A DNA stretch of 64,000 bases from Eledone cirrhosa (lineage: Eukaryota): the NCBI GenBank assembly GCA_964016885.1, contig OZ024740.1, positions 63,860,001 to 63,924,000 on the forward strand, read 5' to 3'. Below the pieces are notes generated by a model. The model was given only the letters and a program-made list of their open reading frames with translations, made no database searches and was not told the origin of the DNA. Numbering within the stretch: position 1 is the stretch's first letter; each line of letters starts with the position of its first letter. This document shows, piece after piece, positions 54,301 to 64,000 of this stretch. The translations under genes and the position numbers were made by a program.

Positions 54301-57177
54301 GAGGCTTACAGAGACCGGATTAGCAGATTAGTTAAGGAGAGGTTGACGGGTGCAATCGTCAACAACCGATGGTGGGCATCTCTCAAAAGAGAGATTAGAA
54401 CAGAATCAATAAGTTATAGAAAGATGTTAGCTGCCGATAGGAATAGGAACGAGAAAGAATTAACAAGTAAATTAGAAGAGGCAATCAAGAGCGAAGATGT
54501 GGCCAGAGTGCTGGCATCGAGGACGGCCTTGAGCAAGTTTTTCGATGCAAAGCACGAAGGCTGCGTCATTCGAAGTAAAATACGTGCTCTAGGTAATGAG
54601 GGGGCCAAAGCCGTTTGCTGGGCCCGCGTGACAGAAGCTAAGAGTGGAAATCGATCCACCATCCGGTCTTTGCAAGACGAGGATGGACGGGTGATCCGGG
54701 AGCCTAAGCAGATGTGCGAGACCTTTCAAAGGCACTTTGCTCGATTGTTCGGGGGAGGCGGGGGTCCGGGCGGGGACGTGGATTTCGGTCCATACCTCGA
54801 CGGCCTGCCGCGTCTCTCGAGCGAAGAGGCAGAGTCCTGCGAGGGACCAATCTCGGCTGATGAGATCGGGGATGCGCTGAGCCAATGCAGCAGACGCAAA
54901 TCTCCAGGTCTCGATGGTATACCTTACGAACTTTATTTAGCAATGCCGGTCTTCTCCGAACTCCTCGAAGCAGTCTACTGCAATTGGCAGCAGAACGGGA
55001 GAATTCCTTGTTCTGTAGCCAAGGGCGTAGTCTCGCTGGTGAGGAAGGACGAGAACAAGGGGGATAGTATAAATAATTTTCGGCCCATAACCCTGATAAA
55101 CACAGAGTTAAAGATTTTGGCCAAGGTGTTAGCAAAGAGGTTGGCGCTTGTCGTGGGTAGCCTGGTGGGAGATGCGCAGACATGTGCTATCCCATCCAGG
55201 TTCATTCACGACAACCTCCACCTCATGCGATACATCATAGAGAGGGTTGGCAACAAACCCGGCTTCGGTGGGGCCCTGATCAACTTGGATCAGTCTAAGG
55301 CGTTCGATAGGGTCGACCATGGTTACCTGGATGCGGTGCTAGCGGCGGCTGGGTTCGGTCCTGTTTTCAGAGGCTGGATCACTGCCTTACATAGCAACCA
55401 CATCTGTTCTAGGATCAAGGTGAACGGCTACCTTTCGAAGCCGTTCGAAATCACACGATCCATTCGACAGGGGTGCCCTCTCTCCTCCCTTCTGTACGTA
55501 TTGACTCTCGAGCCTTTACTGAGGAAGTTGGAGTTGTTGCAGGGTATCCCCCTGGAACCAGGATTGAGTAAAGCGGTGTCGGCCTACGCCGATGACGTAA
55601 CAGTAATGGTATCGACCGACTCGGAGATCGAGGTGATCGGTACCTTACTGGAGGAATATGAAAGGTTGTCAGGAGCGAAACTGAACCGGGAAAAATCCAT
55701 CGGGCTGCAACTCGGAACGTAGAGAGGCAGACCGATGCCTCCCGACGGTGTCGTCGGACACTGGACGGAGGGCCCGGTGAAGTTGTTTGGGGTCTGGTTT
55801 GGACCGGACCTCCAGGTGGAAAAGAACTGGGGCGAGGTTATGAGCAAGGTGTTAGCACTGACCCAGAAATGGGCCAAGTGTAAGCTGTCCCTGAAAGGTC
55901 GGGCGGAGGTGGCGAACATTTACATAGCGTCCGTCACCTACTACCGCCTGACTGTCGTGCCTTGCCCTAAGGAAACACTCACCACCATGGAACGCATGCT
56001 CTTTCAATTTCTTTGGAAGAAGCGCCCTCCTATGGTGAGAAGATCCATCTGCTGCCAACAACCTTCGAAAGGAGGGCTGGGGATGCCGTGGTTGATGATG
56101 CGTAGGCACGCATTAAGGCTACGGCACCTACAGGTATTCCTCACTGGTTAACCGGTGTGGGCCCCGTTCGTGAGACGAGCTTTTCCAAGACTCGTCTCGC
56201 TCACCGAGCTGCAATCCTGGGTCAAGCAAAGATCCGGAAAACTGGGCGACTGGCACATTGAGTGCCCAGGCGCTCAGGGCTTTCTGGCAAGCGGACCCGG
56301 CCATCGGTGGAGAATCCACCTCGTCATTCTATAGAGGGCTGGTGGCTAGCAGGGGCGATGACACCCTTGGAGAGTCGCTGGACATGGAAGAGGACGACCT
56401 GGCCAGCCTGTTCGGTAGGACTTTCGGCCCGGGACCAATGGACAACTTCCAGAAGTCACTGGCCTGGCAGTGCTACCGGGGGGCTCTACCGGTTCGAGAA
56501 AAGCTCTACAGACACGGGCGCCCGGGCAGGGATCCCTCGAAAAAGATTTGCCCTAGATGCGTGCGTCACGAAGAAACCGTTGCGCACGCATTGGTGCACT
56601 GTCCGGGCGTGGCTGATCTGTGGGGCTACGCTGAACGACTGCTGTCGCGGGTGGCGCCGATTCGATTGACCGCCGAGTCGGTGATAACAATCAAGCCGCC
56701 TCCCCTCTTCACAAAGGAAGCAAAGGCGGTTTTCTGTGCGTAATAGCCATGTTGAAAGAGGTTGTTTGGTGGACACGATTGAAAGGTCTGAGGTCAGGCA
56801 ACTTCCTCTCTGGCCATAGTCTGGTCTACTTCTTCCGATATCACTTCGGAAGAAAGATAAGAATGGAGAGAGAGGTGCTTGGCCACAGGCAGTTTTATGA
56901 AAGGTGGGTGATAGTGGCGAGAATGGCTCGTGTAAATGGGCCTTCTCTGTATACCATCCTGTAGGTAAAGAAGTGAAGGAGAGGGGAGCAGCTTCTCCAT
57001 GTGCTCCCCGGGCAAAGTATTGCACACTTTTTCGGGGGTGTGTGCAACCTTCATCACGTCCCCTCCCTTTTGAGGTTGTTTTTGATTATTTTCATTTTAT
57101 ACCCTTTTTAATCGGTTTTATGTAAACCCCCCTTTGTATTTGTCCCTTCTTTTTATGCCTTTATGGTAAATAAAGAA

Positions 57178-57216
<39 letters not shown>
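51391..57216 (+). mobile_element. full-length, mildly disrupted Tx1 plus (TATC)n tail (array unit 3)
   Basis: ORF1 pieces 51618-53527 (CHICAGRGHLKAAC) and ORF2 pieces 53561-56964 (GDWN, TDH, YADD). (TATC)n at 57178-57216. Confidence 0.96.
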
Positions 57217-57433
57217 AGTCGTGTGTCACTTCGCGGAGAAGTTTCCGTTAATTTATGTAAGGAAAAAACGTGAGTTTTTAGTTCAATTTTATATCATTGT
57301 GTAACTTGACCACCCGTCTGGACCTTCAGGTGGTGGGTCAACTCATTTTCGCCCCTTCAGGGGCGGAATATCCATTTAAAAAATTTTTCTCCATCGAATC
57401 TTGGAAAAAATATTGTAAAATTTTGATTACGTT

Positions 57434-59350
57434 ATGAACGCTGCGTCCAACGATAATGGTGGTGGAGAGGCGGTAAGACTACAAAGCTCGCAGTCAACAA
57501 CGTCTTCTTCACTAGATACTATAGAGATGGAAAGACAAAATGAAAATAAAAAAACGAATTCACATCCAAACAACACAAATGACACCAAACAGCTCAATGA
57601 CAACAAAAATAACAGCAAAACCAATAATGATGATAAAAGCAACAATGATAACAACAACAAAGAAAAAAATAAAGACAACGCCAATAACACCAGCATCAAA
57701 GACAACAACAACACCAAGGAAAATACGGATGATACCAACATCGGTGACAACAAGAATAACAACAAGAATAACAACAATAATGACAACACCACCAATACGG
57801 ATTCCACAAAGAAACCAAAAATCTCCTTTGCGGAGAAAGTTCAAAAGAAAGAACAATTGATATATCTCGACATAACAAATGCTGAACACCTTTTAAAGGA
57901 CGCTAAGAGATATGTCACCTTCGAAAAAAATGGTGCTTTCAGCATCAATTCTCCGGTAGAAATTCGCAAGGAAACTGCTCTCAAAACGATAGTTTTTAGG
58001 ACAGTTTCCAATTCTACCCGAAAACCAGTCCAATTGTCACAGAAAGATATTGAACTGGTTTTCAAAGATTCAATGAATGATATTGCATTCATTCAAAGAA
58101 GCAAACTTTTTGGGAGTATTTCGGTACTGATGAAGGATCAATTGACGGCCCAAAATTACTCTGTGTCGCCAATTGTATCCAACCTGTACACCTTTTTCCC
58201 TACATACATGGGAAAAAGGACACAAAAGATCAGAATCACAAGTGTCACACCAAAGGTGAACATATGGTGGATACTGTGCGGCTTCATCAATTTTGATGAA
58301 GACAGAATACTGTCAGTAGGCAAGTCCCCCAGAGATGTATTCAATGGGACTAGCATTGAAGTTCTGGTGCAAATGAGCCCAGAGCGAATAGCTATGATCC
58401 CACAGCGTGTACTCCTGGACGGACTTACCTACATAAACCTTTCGGTTGAGGGTAGGCGGCCTTCATGTTACCATTGCTTTAGCAGGGGTCACCTGAGGGC
58501 TTCCTGTCCTAAACTAATGAACCAAAAAAAGGCTCTTCTGCCAACACCCATCAAAACAACACAACCACCAACACCACCACTACAACAACAACACCAACAC
58601 ACAAAAATAACCACAACAAACACAGTCCCACCCAACCTCACTCCACCTAAAACCACTGCAAAATCACATACAGACACAACAGCTCCCCAAGACATACCCC
58701 TCCCCAATCACACAGACGATACAACAGATGAGGCTATCTCGCCATCACCCAGTGAAGACGAGGGAGAACCCCATCGCTCGAAAAGAAAGAAAAGACATCA
58801 CAAAAGCAAAAAACCAGCAAACACTACCACAAACATACAACCACCAACACAAACAACAAAAATATCACAAACAAAACCCCCACCTCCTGAAAACAAAATA
58901 CCTACAACAAAACGAAAGCACACACAAGAACTACAGACAAAAACAAACACAACACAAGAAAATTACACTTACACTTACATAAACACTGAAAACAAAACAC
59001 TAATGGAGACCATTACGAACGACCCTTCGGTTTTCACCGAAGGGAAAACTTTCGCCCACTCTATAAAAAATAGCAAAAAAATGAACCTAAAACTGATTAG
59101 GGTCCCTATACAAACTTATAGGTCCCTAAAAGAAACATTTGAGAAGGATGTGGGGAATTCCTGCGTGAAACCACTCAACCGCGTCCTTCTCAAATGCCTC
59201 CCCACCCCAGACACCCCCATTCCACCAGACCCCACCCCACCAAACATCTGCGTCCCCACCCCGCCGGAAACCACCACCCATCCAGACAACCCCTCCAACA
59301 CCCCCATGGAAATCGTGCGGCCTGGTCCCCAGGAGGCGAAGGGTGAGTGA
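57434..59350 (+). CDS. Tx1 ORF1 (gag-like nucleic-acid-binding protein with zinc knuckle)
   Basis: 638 aa: Asn-rich N-terminus, EGRRPSCYHCFSRGHLRASCP (CX2CX4HX4C), Pro/Thr-rich linker, conserved C-terminal block. Confidence 0.95.
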   Translation: MNAASNDNGGGEAVRLQSSQSTTSSSLDTIEMERQNENKKTNSHPNNTNDTKQLNDNKNNSKTNNDDKSNNDNNNKEKNKDNANNTSIKDNNNTKENTDDTNIGDNKNNNKNNNNNDNTTNTDSTKKPKISFAEKVQKKEQLIYLDITNAEHLLKDAKRYVTFEKNGAFSINSPVEIRKETALKTIVFRTVSNSTRKPVQLSQKDIELVFKDSMNDIAFIQRSKLFGSISVLMKDQLTAQNYSVSPIVSNLYTFFPTYMGKRTQKIRITSVTPKVNIWWILCGFINFDEDRILSVGKSPRDVFNGTSIEVLVQMSPERIAMIPQRVLLDGLTYINLSVEGRRPSCYHCFSRGHLRASCPKLMNQKKALLPTPIKTTQPPTPPLQQQHQHTKITTTNTVPPNLTPPKTTAKSHTDTTAPQDIPLPNHTDDTTDEAISPSPSEDEGEPHRSKRKKRHHKSKKPANTTTNIQPPTQTTKISQTKPPPPENKIPTTKRKHTQELQTKTNTTQENYTYTYINTENKTLMETITNDPSVFTEGKTFAHSIKNSKKMNLKLIRVPIQTYRSLKETFEKDVGNSCVKPLNRVLLKCLPTPDTPIPPDPTPPNICVPTPPETTTHPDNPSNTPMEIVRPGPQEAKGE

Positions 59351-59383
59351 TCTCTTTTCCTCTTTTAACTTTTCAGCACCAAC

Positions 59384-62300
59384 ATGGCCAATATAAGAGT
59401 TGGATGTGTGAACGTACGCGGCCTGGGGATGCCCTGGAAACAGGGCAAACTCTTAAACGACCTCAGGTCGCACAGTTTGGATGTGGTAGCCATTTGCGAG
59501 TCCAGGATCCACGGCGAGCGACAGCTGGCCCCCATCTTCGATGACTTTGAGATCTACGCATCTCTCTGTCAACCGGGGGGTGGGGGCGGAGTTGCCGTTT
59601 TGCTGCGGAAACACCTGGGCCTCGTAACACAGACGGTACATCTGGACCCGGAGGGTCGACTGGTGGTCCTAGACGTTGACGGTAGTGAAGGTGGAGCGTT
59701 CAGGCTGGTGGCCGCATATGCCCCATCCGGGACACCGCGGCCAGACTTCTTCAAACGTCTAGAGACTTTTCTGGGAACGTCCCGCTCCTTGCTTTTAGTG
59801 GGGGACTGGAATGGAATCCTAGATGCACGTTGGGACTATGTGGGAGCATGTCCCGATAAAGGGGGGTGTAACAGCCTCAAACAGTTAATCGACCGATTTG
59901 ACCTGGCCGATAGATATCGACTAGATTTTCCGACTGCGCCACTGTGGACGTGGAGTAATCGTAGCGGAACATCTAGATCGTACCTAGATAGGGTTCTAGT
60001 TAGAAATAAGGATAGGGACATGTTAAGCTGTCCACAAATGTTCATGGTTGCCTATTCAGATCACAAACTAGTGACCTGCATGGCCAACCTTGATAGAACC
60101 CATAGACAAGGACCCGGCTACTGGAAGCTGAACTTGTCGTTACCGACAAGCAAAGCCTACAGTAGACGGATTAGCACTTTAGTTAAACAGCACTTGACAG
60201 GGGCCATTGTCAACAACAGATGGTGGTACTCTCTCAAGAGGGCAGTTAGATTAGACTCGATAGTTTTTAGTAAAGAATTAGCGTTAGATAGAAATAGAAC
60301 CGAGAAGGAACTGGTAGATAAAGTAGAAGAGGCTATTAGAAGTGGCAACGTAGCCAGCGTGCTAGCAACGAGAACGGCCTTGGACCAGTTCTTCGACGCA
60401 AAGCACGAGGGCTGCGTTGTCAGAAGCAAAATACGTGCTCTGGGAAACGAGGGAGCCAAAGCTGTTAGCTGGGCCCGAGTGACGGAGGCAAAAAGTGGCA
60501 ACAAGTCCACGATTCGGTCTTTGAAGGACCAAAACGGACGCGTGATACGTGAGCCGAAGCAGATGTGTGCGGCTTTTCAGCGGCACTTTGCTCGGCTGTT
60601 CGGGGGGAGCGGCGCGCCGGGAGAGGCTATGGATTTCGGTCCATACCTCGACGGCCTACCGCGACTCTCGGACAGCGAGGCGAAGTTCTGCGAAAAGCCG
60701 ATTTCAGCCACTGAGATAGGGGACGCGCTGAGCCAATGCGGCAAACGCAAATCTCCAGGTCTCGACGGTCTACCCTACGAATTTTACGTAGCAATGCCGG
60801 ACTTATTCTCCGGTCTCCTGGAAGCGGTCTACTGCAACTGGCAACAGAGCGGGAGAATTCCCAATTCTGTAACCGGTGGCGTGGTCACACTAATCAGGAA
60901 GGACGAGAATAAGGGGGATGACATAGGCAACTTCCGGCCCATAACTCTGCTAAACACAGAGTTACAGATTTTGGCCAAGGTGTTGGCAAAGAGGCTGGCG
61001 CTTGTCGTCGAGAACCTGGTGGGAGAAGCGCAGACATGCGCGATCCCGACCAGGTCCATACACGACAACCTCCACCTCATGCGATACATCATAGAGAGGG
61101 TAGGGTGTAAACCCGGCTTCGGTGGGGCCCTGATCAACTTGGATCAGTCTAAGGCTTTCGATAGGGTTGACCATCGTTACCTGGATGCGGTGCTCGAGGC
61201 GGCAGGCTTCGGACCCGTGTTCAGGGGCTGGATTGCTGCAATGCACAACAGCAACATCTGCTCAAGGGTCAAGGTGAACGGTTACCTCTCGGAGCCGTTC
61301 CATATTACGCGATCCATTCGACAGGGATGCCCTCTCTCCTCCCTTCTGTACGTACTGACTCTCGAGCCACTACTGCGGAAGCTGGAGCTATTGCAGGGCA
61401 TCCCTCTGGAACCGGGACTGCGGAAAGCGGCGTCGGCCTACGCCGACGACGTGACAGTAATGGTGTCGAGCGCCTCGCAAATCGAGGAAGTCGGCACCTT
61501 ACTAAAGGAATACGAAAGTCTCACAGGAGCGAAGCTGAACCGGGACAAGTCCATCGGTTTGCAACTCGGATCGTGGAGAGGCAGACCGATGCCTTCCGAT
61601 GGCGTCGTCGGACGCTGGACGGAAGGACCGGTAAAGCTGCTCGGGGTCTGGTTTGGTCCGGACCTCCAGGTGGAGAAGAACTGGAACGAAGTGACGGCCA
61701 AGGTGTTTGCACTCACCCAGAAGTGGGCCGAGTGCAAACTATCCTTGAAAGGTCGAGCGGAGGTGGCGAACACTTTTATAGCGTCCGCCATCTACTACCG
61801 CTTGACCGTCGTGCCTTGTCCAGCCAAAACGCTCGCCAAAATGGAGCGCGCCCTCTTCCGATTCCTTTGGAAGAGGCGGGCTCCTTTGGTAAGAAGATCC
61901 ATCTGCTGCCAACACCCTTCTAACGGAGGGCTGGGGATGCCGTGGTTGACGATGCGCAAACACGCGCTCAGGCTGCGGCATCTCTACGTATTCCTCACCG
62001 GACAACCGGTGTGGGCCCCGTTCGTGAGGCGAGCCTTCCCACGACTCGTCTCGCTGACCGAGCTGCAGTCCTGGGTCAAGCAGAGACCGAGGAAAATGGG
62101 CGACTGGCACATCGAATGTGCTCAGGCGCTCACAGCCCTCTGGCAGGCGGACCCGGCGATCAGTGGAGACTCCACTTCGTCATTCTATAGAGGGTTGGTC
62201 CGCAGCAAGTGCGACGACGCGCTCGGTGAAACTCTAGGCGTGGAGGAAGATGAACTGGCCAGTCTGTTCGGTAGGACCTTCCGCCCGGGACCGATGGACA

Positions 62301-62821
62301 ACTTCCAAAAGTCCCTGGCCTGGCAGTGCTACCGAGGAGCTCTACCAGTTCGAGACAAGCTCTACAGACATGGGCGCCCGGGCAGGGACCCTGCAAAAAA
62401 GATCTGTCCGAGGTGCGTGCGAGACGAAGAAACCGTCGCGCACGCATTCATACACTGCCCGGGCGTCACTGACCTGTGGGGCTATGTGGAACGACTATTG
62501 TCGCGGGTGGGACCAATCCAGTTGACCACCGAGTCCATTGTCATGATCAAACCGCCACCCTCCTTCAAAAACGAAGGAGAGGCGGTTTTCCTTTGTGTGA
62601 TAGCTATGGCGAAAGAGGTTGTATGGTGGACAAGGTTGAAAGGGCTGAGGTCAGACACCTTTCTCTCCGGCCAACAACTGATTCTTTTTTTCAAATACCA
62701 CTTTGGAAGAAGAATCAGGATGGAGAGAGAGGTGCTGTACCCCAGCAAGTTTTATGAAAGGTGGGTGAAAGTGGCGAGAATGGCCCGAGTGAATGGGCCT
62801 TCTCTCTATATCAGCCTGTAG
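59384..62821 (+). CDS. Tx1 ORF2: APE endonuclease, reverse transcriptase, C-terminal CCHC
   Basis: 1145 aa intact: NVRGL, CESR, GDWN, YLDR, SDH, KSPGLDG, RPITLLN, DQSKAFD, QGCPLS, YADD, CPRC..ETVAHAFIHC. Confidence 0.98.
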   Translation: MANIRVGCVNVRGLGMPWKQGKLLNDLRSHSLDVVAICESRIHGERQLAPIFDDFEIYASLCQPGGGGGVAVLLRKHLGLVTQTVHLDPEGRLVVLDVDGSEGGAFRLVAAYAPSGTPRPDFFKRLETFLGTSRSLLLVGDWNGILDARWDYVGACPDKGGCNSLKQLIDRFDLADRYRLDFPTAPLWTWSNRSGTSRSYLDRVLVRNKDRDMLSCPQMFMVAYSDHKLVTCMANLDRTHRQGPGYWKLNLSLPTSKAYSRRISTLVKQHLTGAIVNNRWWYSLKRAVRLDSIVFSKELALDRNRTEKELVDKVEEAIRSGNVASVLATRTALDQFFDAKHEGCVVRSKIRALGNEGAKAVSWARVTEAKSGNKSTIRSLKDQNGRVIREPKQMCAAFQRHFARLFGGSGAPGEAMDFGPYLDGLPRLSDSEAKFCEKPISATEIGDALSQCGKRKSPGLDGLPYEFYVAMPDLFSGLLEAVYCNWQQSGRIPNSVTGGVVTLIRKDENKGDDIGNFRPITLLNTELQILAKVLAKRLALVVENLVGEAQTCAIPTRSIHDNLHLMRYIIERVGCKPGFGGALINLDQSKAFDRVDHRYLDAVLEAAGFGPVFRGWIAAMHNSNICSRVKVNGYLSEPFHITRSIRQGCPLSSLLYVLTLEPLLRKLELLQGIPLEPGLRKAASAYADDVTVMVSSASQIEEVGTLLKEYESLTGAKLNRDKSIGLQLGSWRGRPMPSDGVVGRWTEGPVKLLGVWFGPDLQVEKNWNEVTAKVFALTQKWAECKLSLKGRAEVANTFIASAIYYRLTVVPCPAKTLAKMERALFRFLWKRRAPLVRRSICCQHPSNGGLGMPWLTMRKHALRLRHLYVFLTGQPVWAPFVRRAFPRLVSLTELQSWVKQRPRKMGDWHIECAQALTALWQADPAISGDSTSSFYRGLVRSKCDDALGETLGVEEDELASLFGRTFRPGPMDNFQKSLAWQCYRGALPVRDKLYRHGRPGRDPAKKICPRCVRDEETVAHAFIHCPGVTDLWGYVERLLSRVGPIQLTTESIVMIKPPPSFKNEGEAVFLCVIAMAKEVVWWTRLKGLRSDTFLSGQQLILFFKYHFGRRIRMEREVLYPSKFYERWVKVARMARVNGPSLYISL

Positions 62822-63060
62822 GTTGAGGAAAAGGAGGAGGAGAGGAAAGGAGTACAAGCTCTTCGTACTCCTGGAGATGAGGGTTGCACATTTTTTTCGG
62901 GGGTCTGTGTTACCCATATAAACTGTCTCCCTCTATTGGGGAAAATCGACTAACTTTTAAATTCCATCTGTGATAACATTTTACACGTTTTTATTGTATG
63001 TAAACTTCCCCCTTTGTATTTGTCCCCTTCTTTTGTGCCCCTGTGGCTAATAAAGAAATA

Positions 63061-63109
<49 letters not shown>

Positions 63110-63120
63110 CTCTCTCTATC

Positions 63121-64000
63121 AGTCGTGTGTCACTTCGCGGAGAAGTTTCCGTTAATTTATGTAAGGAAAAAACGTGAGTTTTTAGTTCAATTTTATATCA
63201 TTGTGTAACTTGACCACCCGTCTGGACCTTCAGGTGGTGGGTCAACTCATTTTCGCCCCTTCAGGGGCGGAATATCCATTTAAAAAATTTTTCTCCATCG
63301 AATCTTGGAAAAAATATTGTAAAATTTTGATTACGTTATGAACGCTGCGTCCAACGATAATGGTGGTGGAGAGGCGGTAAGACTACAAAGCTCGCAGTCA
63401 ACAACGTCTTCTTCACTAGATACTATAGAGATGGAAAGACAAAATGAAAATAAAAAAACGAATTCACATCCAAACAACACAAATGACACCAAACAGCTCA
63501 ATGACAACAAAAATAACAGCAAAACCAATAATGATGATAAAAGCAACAATGATAACAACAACAAAGAAAAAAATAAAGACAACGCCAATAACACCAGCAT
63601 CAAAGACAACAACAACACCAAGGAAAATACGGATGATACCAACATCGGTGACAACAAGAATAACAACAAGAATAACAACAATAATGACAACACCACCAAT
63701 ACGGATTCCACAAAGAAACCAAAAATCTCCTTTGCGGAGAAAGTTCAAAAGAAAGAACAATTGATATATCTCGACATAACAAATGCTGAACACCTTTTAA
63801 AGGACGCTAAGAGATATGTCACCTTCGAAAAAAATGGTGCTTTCAGCATCAATTCTCCGGTAGAAATTCGCAAGGAAACTGCTCTCAAAACGATAGTTTT
63901 TAGGACAGTTTCCAATTCTACCCGAAAACCAGTCCAATTGTCACAGAAAGATATTGAACTGGTTTTCAAAGATTCAATGAATGATATTGCATTCATTCAA
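63121..64000 (+). mobile_element. start of the next Tx1 copy (array unit 5), apparently identical to unit 4
   Basis: All overlapping ORF translations are identical at offset 5904. ORF1 ATG at 63338 runs off the window. Confidence 0.97.

Larger units (their letters stand above)
57217..63120 (+). mobile_element. intact full-length Tx1 plus (TATC)n tail (array unit 4, 5904 bp)
   Basis: 5'UTR, two uninterrupted ORFs, 3'UTR with AATAAA, then (TATC)n at ~63059-63120. Confidence 0.98.

Noticed and set aside
59343-59376. Mini-intron fusing ORF1 to ORF2, or stop-codon read-through
   Set aside because: Only 24-34 nt long and in frame in unit 3 but not with the strong donor in unit 4. Unit 4 also has an in-frame TAA in the 33-nt spacer.
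61438-61791. Recurrent ~117-aa and ~102-aa antisense ORFs in nearly every Tx1 copy
   Set aside because: They overlap the most conserved RT segments and their ends are set by sense-strand motifs such as YADD. Best explained as shadow ORFs.

Overview
AT-rich, repeat-dominated eukaryotic DNA with no convincing host gene. The SINE family and microsatellite load suggest a cephalopod (Octopus-like) genome; this is inference. The window is built mostly from microsatellite-targeting non-LTR retrotransposons. (1) 2.8-27.8 kb is a nest on (ATT)n/(TAA)n tracts. It holds four decayed L1-Tx1-clade elements with (ATT)n tails, two R4/Dong-clade RLE elements with (TAA)n tails (each tail-to-tail with a Tx1 copy) and tRNA-derived SINEs whose 3' end resembles the Tx1 3' end. 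(2) 50.1-64 kb is a head-to-tail array of at least five copies of a sister Tx1 lineage, each separated by (TATC)n. One copy is fully intact (ORF1 638 aa, ORF2 1145 aa) and is followed by an apparently identical copy. (3) The middle region carries Helitron-type elements, MITEs, RTE/CR1 relics, satellites and Penelope-like fold-back insertions with hammerhead-ribozyme motifs. Leading candidates for new biology: the (TATC)n-specific Tx1 array, possible spliced expression of ORF2, a conserved 5'UTR RNA structure and ORF1 C-terminal domain, and the Tx1/Dong/SINE guild sharing one microsatellite on opposite strands.
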